37,887 nucleotides of DNA from a virus (Duplodnaviria; Caudoviricetes), in IMG/VR virus record IMGVR_UViG_3300048598_000596, positions 1 to 37,887 of that record; one strand, written 5' to 3'. How positions within the stretch are numbered: position 1 is the first letter of the stretch; the number at the start of each line of letters is the position of its first letter. The position numbers were made by a program, and so were the translations under genes. Shown piece by piece: positions 18,375 to 27,325 of this stretch. The notes under the pieces are model-generated. The model was given only the letters and a program-made list of their open reading frames with translations, was not told the origin of the DNA and did no database searches.

Positions 18375-19433
18375 TTAGCGTTTTTTAGCGTTAACAGTTG
18401 CGTCAATCTCGGCCTGACGTTTAGACCAGGCACTTTCGGGCGCGCCACTCCCTTGGTTAATTACAGCGGCTGCCCTTTTAAAAGGTTTCAGGCTGTTGAT
18501 GAATTTCGTACCTTCCTCTCGGTTGGCTTTGAGCATAGCTTTTACGGCAGGCTTTTGGTCTGCGGTTAGCTTGTTTTCGAGTACGGCAGCTTCAATTAAG
18601 GCATCGTCTTCGGCATCAATTGTCTGCTGTTCTTTTTGCTTGAAACCATCCACCTCGGTCTGAAGTGTTGTTATTTTACCGTCCTTTTCGGCGGCTGCGG
18701 TTTCGGCAGCGGTTTTAGCCGCATTCATTTCTTCTATTTTAGCTATCACCTCTGCCTCTGTGGCAGTTTCGGGAAGGCCAAGTTTTTTGCGAACATCTTT
18801 GTCCATATTCTCGTCACTATTAAATTGATTGATAACTTTGTTTATGTAATATTGATAAACCTCCTTAGGCGCAAGGTTTATATCAATAGGGTCGGAATCG
18901 TAAATACTGTCAATAAGCTTAAGACGAAGGCATTCGTCGGCAGTAAGCCAATGGTCTTGACCATCAAAATAAGTAGCGTTAACCTCTTCGGGCGTTAAGC
19001 CCATCTTTTTAGCATAAATACCTACCAAGTCGTCCTGCAGCGATTTGGCCAAGTCGAGGGCATTTTGTATTTCAGTAGGTGTGCCCCAAGTACCGCCTTG
19101 AACGGTATGCAGCATCATGCGCGAATATTTACCCATGTGCACGGGTTTACCGCATGCACAAAGTACCGAGGCCATCGAGGCAGCTACACCGTCAATGTAC
19201 AATTCAACATTAGCCTGCGTATCTCGTAAAGCACTAAACATAGCTATGCCTTCCAGAATATCACCACCATTTGAGCAAATGCGCACATCGGTCTTCTTAC
19301 CTGTATATGCCGCCTGCATCAATTGCGATACTATGTCTTTAGCTGACACATCCCACGGCGAAATATCGCCGTAAATGAGAATGGCATCGCTTTCTTTTCC
19401 CGGTATTATATTTCTGACTATTGTCTTAGGCAT
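18375..19433 (-). CDS. ClpP-type prohead protease fused to scaffold
   Basis: IYGDI, ICSNGG, GVAASMAS (catalytic Ser), MMLH, WLTADEC; Ala/Glu/Lys-rich helical C-terminal third. Confidence 0.9.
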   Translation of the reverse strand: MPKTIVRNIIPGKESDAILIYGDISPWDVSAKDIVSQLMQAAYTGKKTDVRICSNGGDILEGIAMFSALRDTQANVELYIDGVAASMASVLCACGKPVHMGKYSRMMLHTVQGGTWGTPTEIQNALDLAKSLQDDLVGIYAKKMGLTPEEVNATYFDGQDHWLTADECLRLKLIDSIYDSDPIDINLAPKEVYQYYINKVINQFNSDENMDKDVRKKLGLPETATEAEVIAKIEEMNAAKTAAETAAAEKDGKITTLQTEVDGFKQKEQQTIDAEDDALIEAAVLENKLTADQKPAVKAMLKANREEGTKFINSLKPFKRAAAVINQGSGAPESAWSKRQAEIDATVNAKKR

Positions 19434-19469
19434 GCTGTCTGTTTTTCGTGTGAAAATTGAAATTCATGG

Positions 19470-19580
19470 CAAACATATCCGGTCATTTACGCCTTTCAAA
19501 ATAGTTGTGCAAGGATGACATAAAATTGTGTCATCCTTGCACAACCGTTACTGCAAAACCATTGTTATCAGCCACTTTTG
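19470..19580. promoter_or_regulatory. Divergent late promoters flanking a 17-bp perfect inverted repeat
   Basis: Minus TATGTTTG (19477-19470), plus CACTTTTG (19573-19580), IR GTTGTGCAAGGATGACA 19504-19520 / 19529-19545. Confidence 0.7.
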
Positions 19581-19597
19581 CACAAAAGGTGATTACT

Positions 19598-20098
19598 ATG
19601 GCAATGAAGAATGCAGAAAAAAAAGAATGGGCTAAGCTGCTCTTTACAAAAGAAAACCTCACACAAAAAGAAATCGCGGCCAAGGTTGGCGTCAGCGTTC
19701 AAACCTTGTGCAAATGGGTTAAAGAAGAGGGTTGGGAACGGCTTAAAACTTCTATATTAATGACCAAAGAAGAGGAACTTCGCCGTCTTTATGAACAATT
19801 ATCGGAGCTCAACAAGCACATTAAAGAGGTTGGCAATCCAGTTCTTGACCCTATAAAAACAAAAGAAAACGGCGAACCTGTATACAATTACACTAGGTAC
19901 GCCACAGCTTCGCAATCCGATACTATTGCAAAACTGGCCGCCGCTATTCGTTCGCTCGAAACTGAAACCTCATTAGCCGACATCATTAGTGTAGGACGCA
20001 AATTCATCAACTTTCTAAGGCCTATCGATATCGACAAAACAAAAGAGTTTACCTCGCTTTTCGATGCTTTTATTAAAGATTCCGCTAAAAAGGCTTAA
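19598..20098 (+). CDS. Terminase small subunit-like HTH protein (DUF1804 / Mu gp27-like)
   Basis: LTQKEIAAKVGVSVQTLCKWVKEEGWE HTH; directly before large terminase; start ATG 19598. Confidence 0.75.
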   Translation: MAMKNAEKKEWAKLLFTKENLTQKEIAAKVGVSVQTLCKWVKEEGWERLKTSILMTKEEELRRLYEQLSELNKHIKEVGNPVLDPIKTKENGEPVYNYTRYATASQSDTIAKLAAAIRSLETETSLADIISVGRKFINFLRPIDIDKTKEFTSLFDAFIKDSAKKA

Positions 20099-20099
20099 C

Positions 20100-21638
20100 A
20101 TGAAACAAATAGACAGACAAGCCCTGCGCGAATGGGATGAGCTGAGAGAGGCTATTTTATCGAGTACTACGGTCGACTTTAACGAATCGGCTGCCGACAA
20201 GCTTAAACGCATTGCACGACTCGAAGCACATGACGAGGAATGGTTTAAATACTATTTTCCGAACTATGCCAGCGCCGAACCTGCCCCTTTCCATAAAAAG
20301 GCAACAAAGCGGGTAATGAGCAACCCCGAATTTTACGAAGCCCGTCCGTGGAGCCGTGAGCTTGCTAAAAGTACGCGCACCATGATGGAAGTGCTTAAGC
20401 TTACACTTACAGGCAAAAAGCGCAATGTTATTCTTACCAGCAACTCATACGACAATGCTGAACGTTTAATCACGCCCTACAAAATAAATCTCGAAAGCAA
20501 CCAGCGCATTATCAACGATTACGGTACGCAGGAACAGCTCGGTCATTGGGAAGCGGGCGAATTTCTCACCCGCAAAGGCGTTGCTTTTCGTGCCATTGGA
20601 GCCGGACAGTCGCCGCGTGGTACACGCAACGAAGCCATTCGCCCCGATGTTATCCTGGTCGACGATTTCGACACCGACGAGGATTGCCGTAATCCCGAAC
20701 TGGTTAAGAAAAAATGGGATTGGTTGGAACAAGCCTTAATACCTACGCGCTCCATTTCGGTACCACTGCTCATCATATTTTGCGGCAATATAATAGCAAA
20801 AGATTGCTGTATGTTACGCGCCATTCAAAAGGCTGATTATTATGAAATAGTCAATATTCGCGACATAAATAGCCTATCGACTTGGCCGACTAAAAATACC
20901 GAGGCGCATATTGATCGTGTTCTCTCTATTATTAGTTGGGCATCGGCACAAAAGGAATATTTTAATAATCCTATTTCGGAAGGAACTGTGTTCAAAGAAA
21001 TGACATGGGGTAAAGTTCCGCCCTTAAAAAGCTTTCGTTTTTTGGTTGCCTACGGCGACCCTGCGCCTTCTAACAAAGAAGCCAAAGGCAAAACGGGTGC
21101 CTGTTACAAATCTTTATTTTTATTAGGGGCGTTAAATGGTAAAATATATGTAATTACCGGTTTTCTTCAGCATGTAAAAAATGCCGAATATGTTCAATGG
21201 TATTATGATATAGATAATTACGTAAAAGGTAAAACCCAAGTCTATAACTATATTGAAAACAACAGCCTTCAAGACCCTTTTTTTGAACAAGTTTTCAAAC
21301 CCCTATTTCACGAGGCTTATAAAGCAAACGGCAAATGGATAGGAATAAATCCGGACGCCCGAAAAAAGCCCGAAAAATTTGCACGTATAGAAGGAAACCT
21401 AGAACCTCTTAACAGGGTGGGAAACCTTATACTCAACGAAGAAGAAAAAACAAATCCACACATGCAACGTCTCGAGGAACAATTCAAGTCTATTGATCCA
21501 ACATTATCAGCCTTATGCGACGGTCCCGACGCCGTTGAAGGGGGCTGGTTTATTATCAATCAGAAAGCCAATTCAATGCAACCTACCGACACCATTAAAG
21601 CAACCACGTTACGTAACAAAAATAAACACAGATACTAA
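20100..21638 (+). CDS. Terminase large subunit
   Basis: PFH, SRELAKST Walker A variant, RPDVILVDD Walker B, YGDPA and DGPDA nuclease motifs; start ATG 20100. Confidence 0.9.
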   Translation: MKQIDRQALREWDELREAILSSTTVDFNESAADKLKRIARLEAHDEEWFKYYFPNYASAEPAPFHKKATKRVMSNPEFYEARPWSRELAKSTRTMMEVLKLTLTGKKRNVILTSNSYDNAERLITPYKINLESNQRIINDYGTQEQLGHWEAGEFLTRKGVAFRAIGAGQSPRGTRNEAIRPDVILVDDFDTDEDCRNPELVKKKWDWLEQALIPTRSISVPLLIIFCGNIIAKDCCMLRAIQKADYYEIVNIRDINSLSTWPTKNTEAHIDRVLSIISWASAQKEYFNNPISEGTVFKEMTWGKVPPLKSFRFLVAYGDPAPSNKEAKGKTGACYKSLFLLGALNGKIYVITGFLQHVKNAEYVQWYYDIDNYVKGKTQVYNYIENNSLQDPFFEQVFKPLFHEAYKANGKWIGINPDARKKPEKFARIEGNLEPLNRVGNLILNEEEKTNPHMQRLEEQFKSIDPTLSALCDGPDAVEGGWFIINQKANSMQPTDTIKATTLRNKNKHRY

Positions 21639-22069
21639 TGAACAATTTCATAGATATAAAAGACTACGATGCCACAGTGCATCGCGACATTTTAGACTCG
21701 CTCACGCGTCAGGACGATGCCATTATCGAAATTTGCGAAGACCGCGCCGTGGCCGAGATGAAAAGTTACTTAGCCAAACGCTTTGATACCAACACCATTT
21801 TTGCCGCTACGGGCAGCGACCGCCATCCGCTTGTGTTAATGTTCGCCCTCGATATTTCTGTGTATCATATTTTTTGTGTCCACAATCCGCAAAAGTTAAG
21901 TCAAAACAGAAAAGACAGATACGACCGCGCAGTAACCTGGTTAAAAGATGTTGTCCGCCCTTCCGATCCGCTGCCCGTTGAGGGCTTGCCGCTAAAATCC
22001 GAAGCCGAGATAACCAAGCAAATGCCTTATGCTATGACCAGTAACCCTAAACGTATTAATCATTATTAA
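21638..22069 (+). CDS. Head-tail adaptor, DUF1320 / Mu gp36-like
   Basis: AEMKSYL..RFD, LDISVYH, RYDRAVTWLK. Confidence 0.82.
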   Translation: MNNFIDIKDYDATVHRDILDSLTRQDDAIIEICEDRAVAEMKSYLAKRFDTNTIFAATGSDRHPLVLMFALDISVYHIFCVHNPQKLSQNRKDRYDRAVTWLKDVVRPSDPLPVEGLPLKSEAEITKQMPYAMTSNPKRINHY

Positions 22070-22070
22070 A

Positions 22071-23342
22071 ATGGCAACAACAAAAGAAACTGCAATACAG
22101 AAACTTATCTACACTCAGATAAAACGCCAAAATCTCGACATTTCAAACTGGCGAAAGGCGTTAAAAGCTGCTGAGCAAAAAGCCGAATATCACCCGCGCC
22201 GTTACTCGTTGTACGACATTTACAATGAGATAATACTTGACACACATTTGTCGTCGGTGATAGATAAGCGAAAAAAGGCAATATTAAACGCGCGTATTGA
22301 ATTTGTTCGCAATGGCGTGCCAGACGAAAAAATAAACGAACAATTGCGCTCACCTTGGTTTCTGCGTTTTCTTAACGACCTGCTAGACACTGAGTATTGG
22401 GGATTCTCTGTATTTCAATTCTTTAACGACGCAACTGGCTGGATTAATTACGACCTCATTCCGCGTAAGCATGTATCGCCGGAGGAAGGCTTAATTCTTC
22501 GCCGGCAAGAGGACTCTTCAGGCGAACTTTTCGAATCGTTTCCGAATCTTGTTACAATAGGCAATCAATACGACCTTGGCCTGTTGAACAAAATCGCACC
22601 AATGGCCATTTACAAACGTAACTGCATGGCCGACCTTGCACAGTATTCAGAGCTTTACGGGCAACCGATTAAGGAGGCAACCTACGACGGATTGGATGAA
22701 ACAATTCGCGAAAAACTGTTAACCGACCTGACCGAAATAGGCTCGTCGCCTGTAATCATTCACCCCGACGGAACAAAAATAAACATTTTAGACACCCTCG
22801 GAAAAGGAACTACAACCACGCTGTTTCAGACCTGTATTAACCTTTACGACCAGCAAATTTCAAAAGCGATTTTGGGTAATGTTTTAACTACCGATTCCGG
22901 CGCAAACGGAAGTCGGTCGCTGGGCGAGGTGCAACAGGAAAGCGAAGTTCAAAAACAAGAAGCCGACCGCATTTTTGTACTTAATACGCTCAACTACAAT
23001 TTAGCAGACATCTTTAACACCTTAGGATTCAATACACAAGGAGGCTTGTTTTCGTTTGTGAAAAACGAAAACATAGACCTGACTACTGCTATTGAGATAG
23101 ACATGAAATTGTCGAATCTTGGCGTGCCACTCGATGACGATTATTTCTATACCACTTACGGTCGCCCGAAACCCGCTAATTACGATGCGCTGAAAAGCGA
23201 AATGAAGGCAAAACAAGTACAACAACAGCAACCCACTTTCAGCAACAAAGCGGACGAACCTTATTTTTCGGGTTCTAAAAAAACGCATCTCAATGCTAAG
23301 CCGAAAAACATCTGGCAAAAGGGTGCCGATTTTTTCGGTTAA
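22071..23342 (+). CDS. Portal protein, DUF935 / Mu gp29-like
   Basis: DTHLSSVIDKRK, ELYGQP, QISKAILGNVLTT, SRSLGEV. Confidence 0.9.
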   Translation: MATTKETAIQKLIYTQIKRQNLDISNWRKALKAAEQKAEYHPRRYSLYDIYNEIILDTHLSSVIDKRKKAILNARIEFVRNGVPDEKINEQLRSPWFLRFLNDLLDTEYWGFSVFQFFNDATGWINYDLIPRKHVSPEEGLILRRQEDSSGELFESFPNLVTIGNQYDLGLLNKIAPMAIYKRNCMADLAQYSELYGQPIKEATYDGLDETIREKLLTDLTEIGSSPVIIHPDGTKINILDTLGKGTTTTLFQTCINLYDQQISKAILGNVLTTDSGANGSRSLGEVQQESEVQKQEADRIFVLNTLNYNLADIFNTLGFNTQGGLFSFVKNENIDLTTAIEIDMKLSNLGVPLDDDYFYTTYGRPKPANYDALKSEMKAKQVQQQQPTFSNKADEPYFSGSKKTHLNAKPKNIWQKGADFFG

Positions 23343-23359
23343 GCCCTCCACGCGAGGGC
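23330..23359 (+). other. Putative -1 programmed ribosomal frameshift signal (portal to MuF)
   Basis: T-TTT-TTC at 23330-23336, 6-nt spacer, GCCCTC-CACGC-GAGGGC hairpin 23343-23359; -1 frame open into MuF. Confidence 0.78.
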
Positions 23360-24655
23360 ATTACAGCAAAAATTGACAAGCTTTACGCGCAAACCTGCAC
23401 GCATTGTGCCGGTATTCAGGTTTTTAATGTGGCGGGCGACAACCCGTTTTCGGACATCGGTGCAGAGCTGTTTGAGCATGTTTTAAAAAACATATACCAG
23501 GAGCGTGTTGACGTTAAGAACGAAATAGAACCGAACTTGTTCTTTTCGGCCTTCAATCTTTTCGACGATGCCGTAAAACAAGCGTTTGGGCAAGTGGAAT
23601 GGGGACAACCCAATTACGAATTTGTAAACGAGTTACGGCACAACAATGCGGTGTTTTCCGCCTTTCGCGCGCATGCACAAGCCAATGAACTGGCAAAGCA
23701 GCTGCTCGACGAAAACGACAAGCTGAAATCGTTCTCAAAATTCAAAACCGATTGCGCGCCTGTGCTCGAAAAATGGAACGTAAACCATTTAAAAACAGAG
23801 TACAACACAGCCGTTATACGTGCGCGTGCGGCTGCTAAATGGAAAGACTTTGAGCGCGATGCAGACCTGTACCCGAACCTGATGTGGCTACCCTCAACCA
23901 GTGCCGAGCAACGGCCTTATCATCAACCGTTTTACGGCAAAATATGGCCTATCAACGATCCGTTTTGGAGCACCAATTATCCGGGTAACTTGTGGAACTG
24001 CAAGTGCGGCATAACCAATACCGACAGCAAGCCCACGGGCAAAGGTGTTGAAGCTGATTACAAGCCTGCCGACGGGCTCGACGGTAATCCGGGGAAAACA
24101 GCCAAATTGTTTTCGGATAAACACCCTTATATAGCCGATGCCGACAAAGGGGTACGTAAGCTGGCTGAGCAAAAAGCCAATGAAATAGTGCCGTTACCCG
24201 AAACCTATAAAGGCAAAAAAGGAGGTTACCTCAATATCGTTCCGCAAAACGGAGCAGAGGCCGCCAAAAATTTAAAAACGTACAAAATAATGGCAGATAA
24301 TGGCGGTCAATATGAGCTAATTAAACCTATTAACAACGAGAAAGGCAAAAAAAATCCCGATGCATTAAATAGGCGTACAGGTAAACTTTCGGATGCTAAA
24401 CATCCTGTTACTGATAAAGGAATAAATGCAATTCAAAATTCGATAAAGGAAGCCTCACGTCAGGGGGTGAGCGAGGTAGTAATAAGACTGGATATGAATT
24501 ACAGTGTGCGTTCTATTTTCGAAGGTTTTAAAGCAGCCTTACAGGGTAATAGAGCCAGCAGTATTGAGACAATTATTCTTATACGCAAAAACAAAAAACC
24601 GATGTATTTTAAAACCGAAGAGTTGAGGGCATTCTTTAAAAGAAAACAAGGCTAA
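23336..24655 (+). CDS. MuF (Mu gp30-like) minor head protein with C-terminal CdiA-like PD-(D/E)xK nuclease domain, probably made as a portal fusion
   Basis: HLKTEYNTA, YPNLMW, RPYH, DPFW..YPGNLWNCKC MuF motifs; C-terminal KNPDA...SDAK...IQNSIKEASRQG..VVI; frame open from the slippery site (ORF track start 23429 is GTG). Confidence 0.82.
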   Translation, partial: RLSPPREGITAKIDKLYAQTCTHCAGIQVFNVAGDNPFSDIGAELFEHVLKNIYQERVDVKNEIEPNLFFSAFNLFDDAVKQAFGQVEWGQPNYEFVNELRHNNAVFSAFRAHAQANELAKQLLDENDKLKSFSKFKTDCAPVLEKWNVNHLKTEYNTAVIRARAAAKWKDFERDADLYPNLMWLPSTSAEQRPYHQPFYGKIWPINDPFWSTNYPGNLWNCKCGITNTDSKPTGKGVEADYKPADGLDGNPGKTAKLFSDKHPYIADADKGVRKLAEQKANEIVPLPETYKGKKGGYLNIVPQNGAEAAKNLKTYKIMADNGGQYELIKPINNEKGKKNPDALNRRTGKLSDAKHPVTDKGINAIQNSIKEASRQGVSEVVIRLDMNYSVRSIFEGFKAALQGNRASSIETIILIRKNKKPMYFKTEELRAFFKRKQG

Positions 24656-24715
24656 TACTAAAAGTACCAGCCTGTTTGGGGGAGTGATGTCGGTTGCCCG
24701 AATTACATCTCTCCG
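24640..24715 (-). ncRNA. Putative ~80-nt sRNA: tRNA acceptor-stem-like minihelix ending C-CCA, then intrinsic terminator
   Basis: TATCTTTG -7 element 24727-24720; GGAG-A-GAUGU/ACAUC-A-CUCC stem capped by CGG-GCAA-CCG; CCCA; terminator AGGCUGGUACU/AGUAUUAGCCU plus U-run. Confidence 0.6.
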
Positions 24716-24778
24716 TGTGCAAAGATACAACATAAATTCTTTAATTCTCTAACTACTTCATTCTTTAACTTCTTAGCT

Positions 24779-25339
24779 ATGACTCCCGAAGAATTTAGTA
24801 ATGCACTCATGCGCGCAATTCCTTCAATAAAGGAATATGCAGCGCAGGAGTTTCCGCGCAGGGCGCTAAAAATAGGCATCGACCATTTTCAGAACAACTT
24901 TCGCAAAGGCGGGTTTGTAAACGGCGGGTTGCATCCGTGGCCAAAGGCAAAACGGCAAACGGGCGGTAAATATGCCCTCAACAACTACGGCACGCTGCTA
25001 AGTGCACGTAACGAACTGTTCAACAGCATCGGCGGTATTACACGCTCCGGACAGGCAGTAATTAGGGTTGACAAAGAGTACGCGCAGATACACAACGATG
25101 GCGGTACCATTAATCATCCCGGGGGTACGGCCTATTTTTCGAAAAGCGGTAGAGCCGTGTTTGTGAAAAACGAAACCGCAGCGCGGTATCAGAGCCTGCA
25201 TTTAAAACCGATGAAACGCACCGCGCCGCATAAGATAACTATCCCCAAACGGCAGTTTATTGGTGAGAGCATTGAGCTCAACGATGCCCTTTCGGCTCAG
25301 GTAGAAAAAGATTTTTTACGGATTTTAAACTTCGATTAA
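24779..25339 (+). CDS. Phage virion morphogenesis protein (Mu gpG/gp31-like)
   Basis: FQNNFRKGGF, YAQIHNDGG, IPKRQFIG. Confidence 0.85.
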   Translation: MTPEEFSNALMRAIPSIKEYAAQEFPRRALKIGIDHFQNNFRKGGFVNGGLHPWPKAKRQTGGKYALNNYGTLLSARNELFNSIGGITRSGQAVIRVDKEYAQIHNDGGTINHPGGTAYFSKSGRAVFVKNETAARYQSLHLKPMKRTAPHKITIPKRQFIGESIELNDALSAQVEKDFLRILNFD

Positions 25340-25353
25340 ACAGTATTTAAACG

Positions 25354-25884
25354 ATGGAAACATTATTCATTTCTATTCAAAAGCGCATTGAAGACACACA
25401 GCCCGACATGGCTATGATTGACGAAGATTACGGTCAATTACAATCGCCCGACGAAGACGGTTATCCTGTTGTTTTTCCGTGCGTGTTAATCAACGTTCAG
25501 CAAGTGGATTGGAGCGACGCCTCGCGCGGCATGCAAATGGGCGACAGTGCCCGTATTGTGATTAAATTGGCGATAGATTGTTACGACGATACGCACAACA
25601 AAAGCTATACACAAACAAAAGCTTATGAGCGCATGATGGCAGCTAAAGAGCTACACAAGCAGCTACAGCGTTTTGCCGGCAAAATAATTACCGACGACGA
25701 CGGAAACATACTCGACAACCACTTTTCGCCGCTCACCCGAATACAGAGCCGGCAATACGCCCTGCCCGGCGGTATAAAGGTTTACGAAACCACTTACACA
25801 ACCGCCATTACCGACCGCAGTTGCGTGCCCGAGTTGGATACCGTGCCCAAACCAAAGATAAAGATTAGCGCTTCTTTTAAATAA
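25354..25884 (+). CDS. Tail terminator / head-tail completion protein (gp37-like)
   Basis: IDEDYGQL..YPVVFPCVLI, IKVYETTY; end of packaging operon. Confidence 0.65.
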   Translation: METLFISIQKRIEDTQPDMAMIDEDYGQLQSPDEDGYPVVFPCVLINVQQVDWSDASRGMQMGDSARIVIKLAIDCYDDTHNKSYTQTKAYERMMAAKELHKQLQRFAGKIITDDDGNILDNHFSPLTRIQSRQYALPGGIKVYETTYTTAITDRSCVPELDTVPKPKIKISASFK

Positions 25885-25889
25885 GAAAC

Positions 25890-25915
25890 GCCCGGTGGTG
25901 TGCCGGGCTTTTGTT
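25890..25915 (+). terminator. Intrinsic terminator of packaging operon
   Basis: GCCCGG-TGGTGTG-CCGGGC followed by TTTTGTTG. Confidence 0.7.
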
Positions 25916-25933
25916 GTTTTTTACATTGATGTA

Positions 25934-26362
25934 TTACTCTGTAAAATGAAACTCGATTAACTTCCAGTTTTTACCATCCGTGTAATCACCTCCCTTATAT
26001 TGCAATTTTGCATAATAATTAGACCGAACAGTGGCTCCAAATTCATTTTGACTATCAACATACGATTTTAATATGAAAACACTATCCGCTGTAGACCATG
26101 TTCCTGCCGACTCCAAAGGGAAATTGGCAGAAGACGGCGACTTAAGGTTTTCTTTAACAAACTCTTTTGCAAAGAAATAAGCTTTATCCGAAAGCTGCTC
26201 TTTAGTCGGACCCGAAAAAGCCGAAAATATTATAGCAATTAATACTATTGCCAAAACACCAATAATAGAAAAAGTAGCGACTTTCGCCTCCTTGGGCTGA
26301 TCCTTATAAGGAACTTTTGCTCGTTCCTCCTTACTCAATTTTTTAAATTCTGAATACTTCAT
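25934..26362 (-). CDS. Single-pass membrane protein (moron-like)
   Basis: TM segment, then LKSPSSANFP and YVDSQNEFGA motifs; start ATG 26362. Confidence 0.65.
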   Translation of the reverse strand: MKYSEFKKLSKEERAKVPYKDQPKEAKVATFSIIGVLAIVLIAIIFSAFSGPTKEQLSDKAYFFAKEFVKENLKSPSSANFPLESAGTWSTADSVFILKSYVDSQNEFGATVRSNYYAKLQYKGGDYTDGKNWKLIEFHFTE

Positions 26363-26486
26363 TTTGTTGATTGATTTAATTCGTTTAAAACTACACAAAC
26401 CATTCAGAAAAACCAAAAGGTTTATTCAAAAACAACAGGCGAGCTGTTGTGCCATCGTTACTGATGCTAATCGGTTCAGCGTGCAC

Positions 26487-27077
26487 TCATTCCCGAAAGC
26501 CGTTCGCCAAATTCTCGCCTGCATTGTTTCTATTTTGCTGTTCAATAAATTCAAGAACCCCGACAATAGCCAAATATGTTGCTTCTAAAAGAGAGTCAGC
26601 TTGACAGAGTGGAAATCTATTAAACCTAACCATCACTTGTCCGGTTTCTGTATTTAAAGCCCCAAACGTTCGAAGAGTTATATACTCTTTATCTATTTCT
26701 AACTTAAGAACTTTTTCCAAAACAGGCATTAGCCAATCCCAAGATGAAGAAAATAGGCAATGTTCTGGTAATATTCGTCCGGTTTGAAACATAGGTTTTG
26801 GGTAAGTGAAACCTAAATTAGTAAAAAAATCATCATCCATGAAGAGACCCAATAAAATAGAATTTCTATGACTGAGTCCATTTTTAATGGAAACCGCATT
26901 ATTCCATTCGTTAACGGCATCCGTCTTTTTTGACCACGGAAATGTGCTAAACCATGCTCCAGTTCCTAAATATTTAGCTTCACAGTCTTTACATATAAGA
27001 ATAAAATACTGTGTATCACTCTCAAAAACAGGCGTCTTACCGCAATTCGAGCAGGGTTGTATTTCTTGTGTTTTCAT
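26487..27077 (-). CDS. Lar-like zinc-finger protein with second domain
   Basis: PCSNCG...ICKDC, AVNEWN (Lar-like); SSWDWLMPVLEK second domain. Confidence 0.6.
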   Translation of the reverse strand: MKTQEIQPCSNCGKTPVFESDTQYFILICKDCEAKYLGTGAWFSTFPWSKKTDAVNEWNNAVSIKNGLSHRNSILLGLFMDDDFFTNLGFTYPKPMFQTGRILPEHCLFSSSWDWLMPVLEKVLKLEIDKEYITLRTFGALNTETGQVMVRFNRFPLCQADSLLEATYLAIVGVLEFIEQQNRNNAGENLANGFRE

Positions 27078-27126
27078 CTTTTAAAACAATAGTAATAATA
27101 CAATATAATTTTATCTCAATAAATTG

Positions 27127-27156
27127 TTGCATTTTAATTCTAAATACCTAGATTTG
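27127..27156 (+). promoter_or_regulatory. Bacteroidota sigma-70 promoter
   Basis: TTG (27127-27129), 19 nt, TAGATTTG (27149-27156). Confidence 0.6.
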
Positions 27157-27231
27157 TGGTATCTATTTTACTACGTCGATAAAAGACACTTTTCTCGAAA
27201 TTTGACTGCAATCTTATTTCGGCAAGAATTC

Positions 27232-27262
27232 ACCCGAACCTGTTAAGCGGTTCGGGTTTTTT
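27232..27262 (+). terminator. Leader terminator/attenuator hairpin
   Basis: ACCCGAACC-TGTTAAGC-GGTTCGGGT plus T-run. Confidence 0.7.
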
Positions 27263-27325
27263 GTTCCACAAGCTTAACGGGAGTCTCCGTCCTTAACCGA
27301 GAAGAAAGGAGGTGTCATCCTTAAT

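Noticed and set aside
19505-19597. N-terminal extension of the small terminase ORF given in the track
   Set aside because: It runs through the inverted repeat and promoter; ATG 19598 is the more plausible start
23429-23431. GTG start for an independent MuF gene
   Set aside because: The frame is open 31 codons further upstream to the slippery site; frameshift fusion explains the layout better, though independent initiation is not excluded
24539-24733. 64-aa minus-strand ORF as a possible immunity protein
   Set aside because: Its start lies upstream of the -7 element, it runs through the hairpin and terminator and overlaps the toxin antisense; not protein-like
27312-27322. GTGTCATCCTT identical to part of the late-promoter inverted repeat (19528-19538); a 10-mer also near 30595
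   Set aside because: Only half-sites; here it is explained by SD/anti-SD pairing and may be chance
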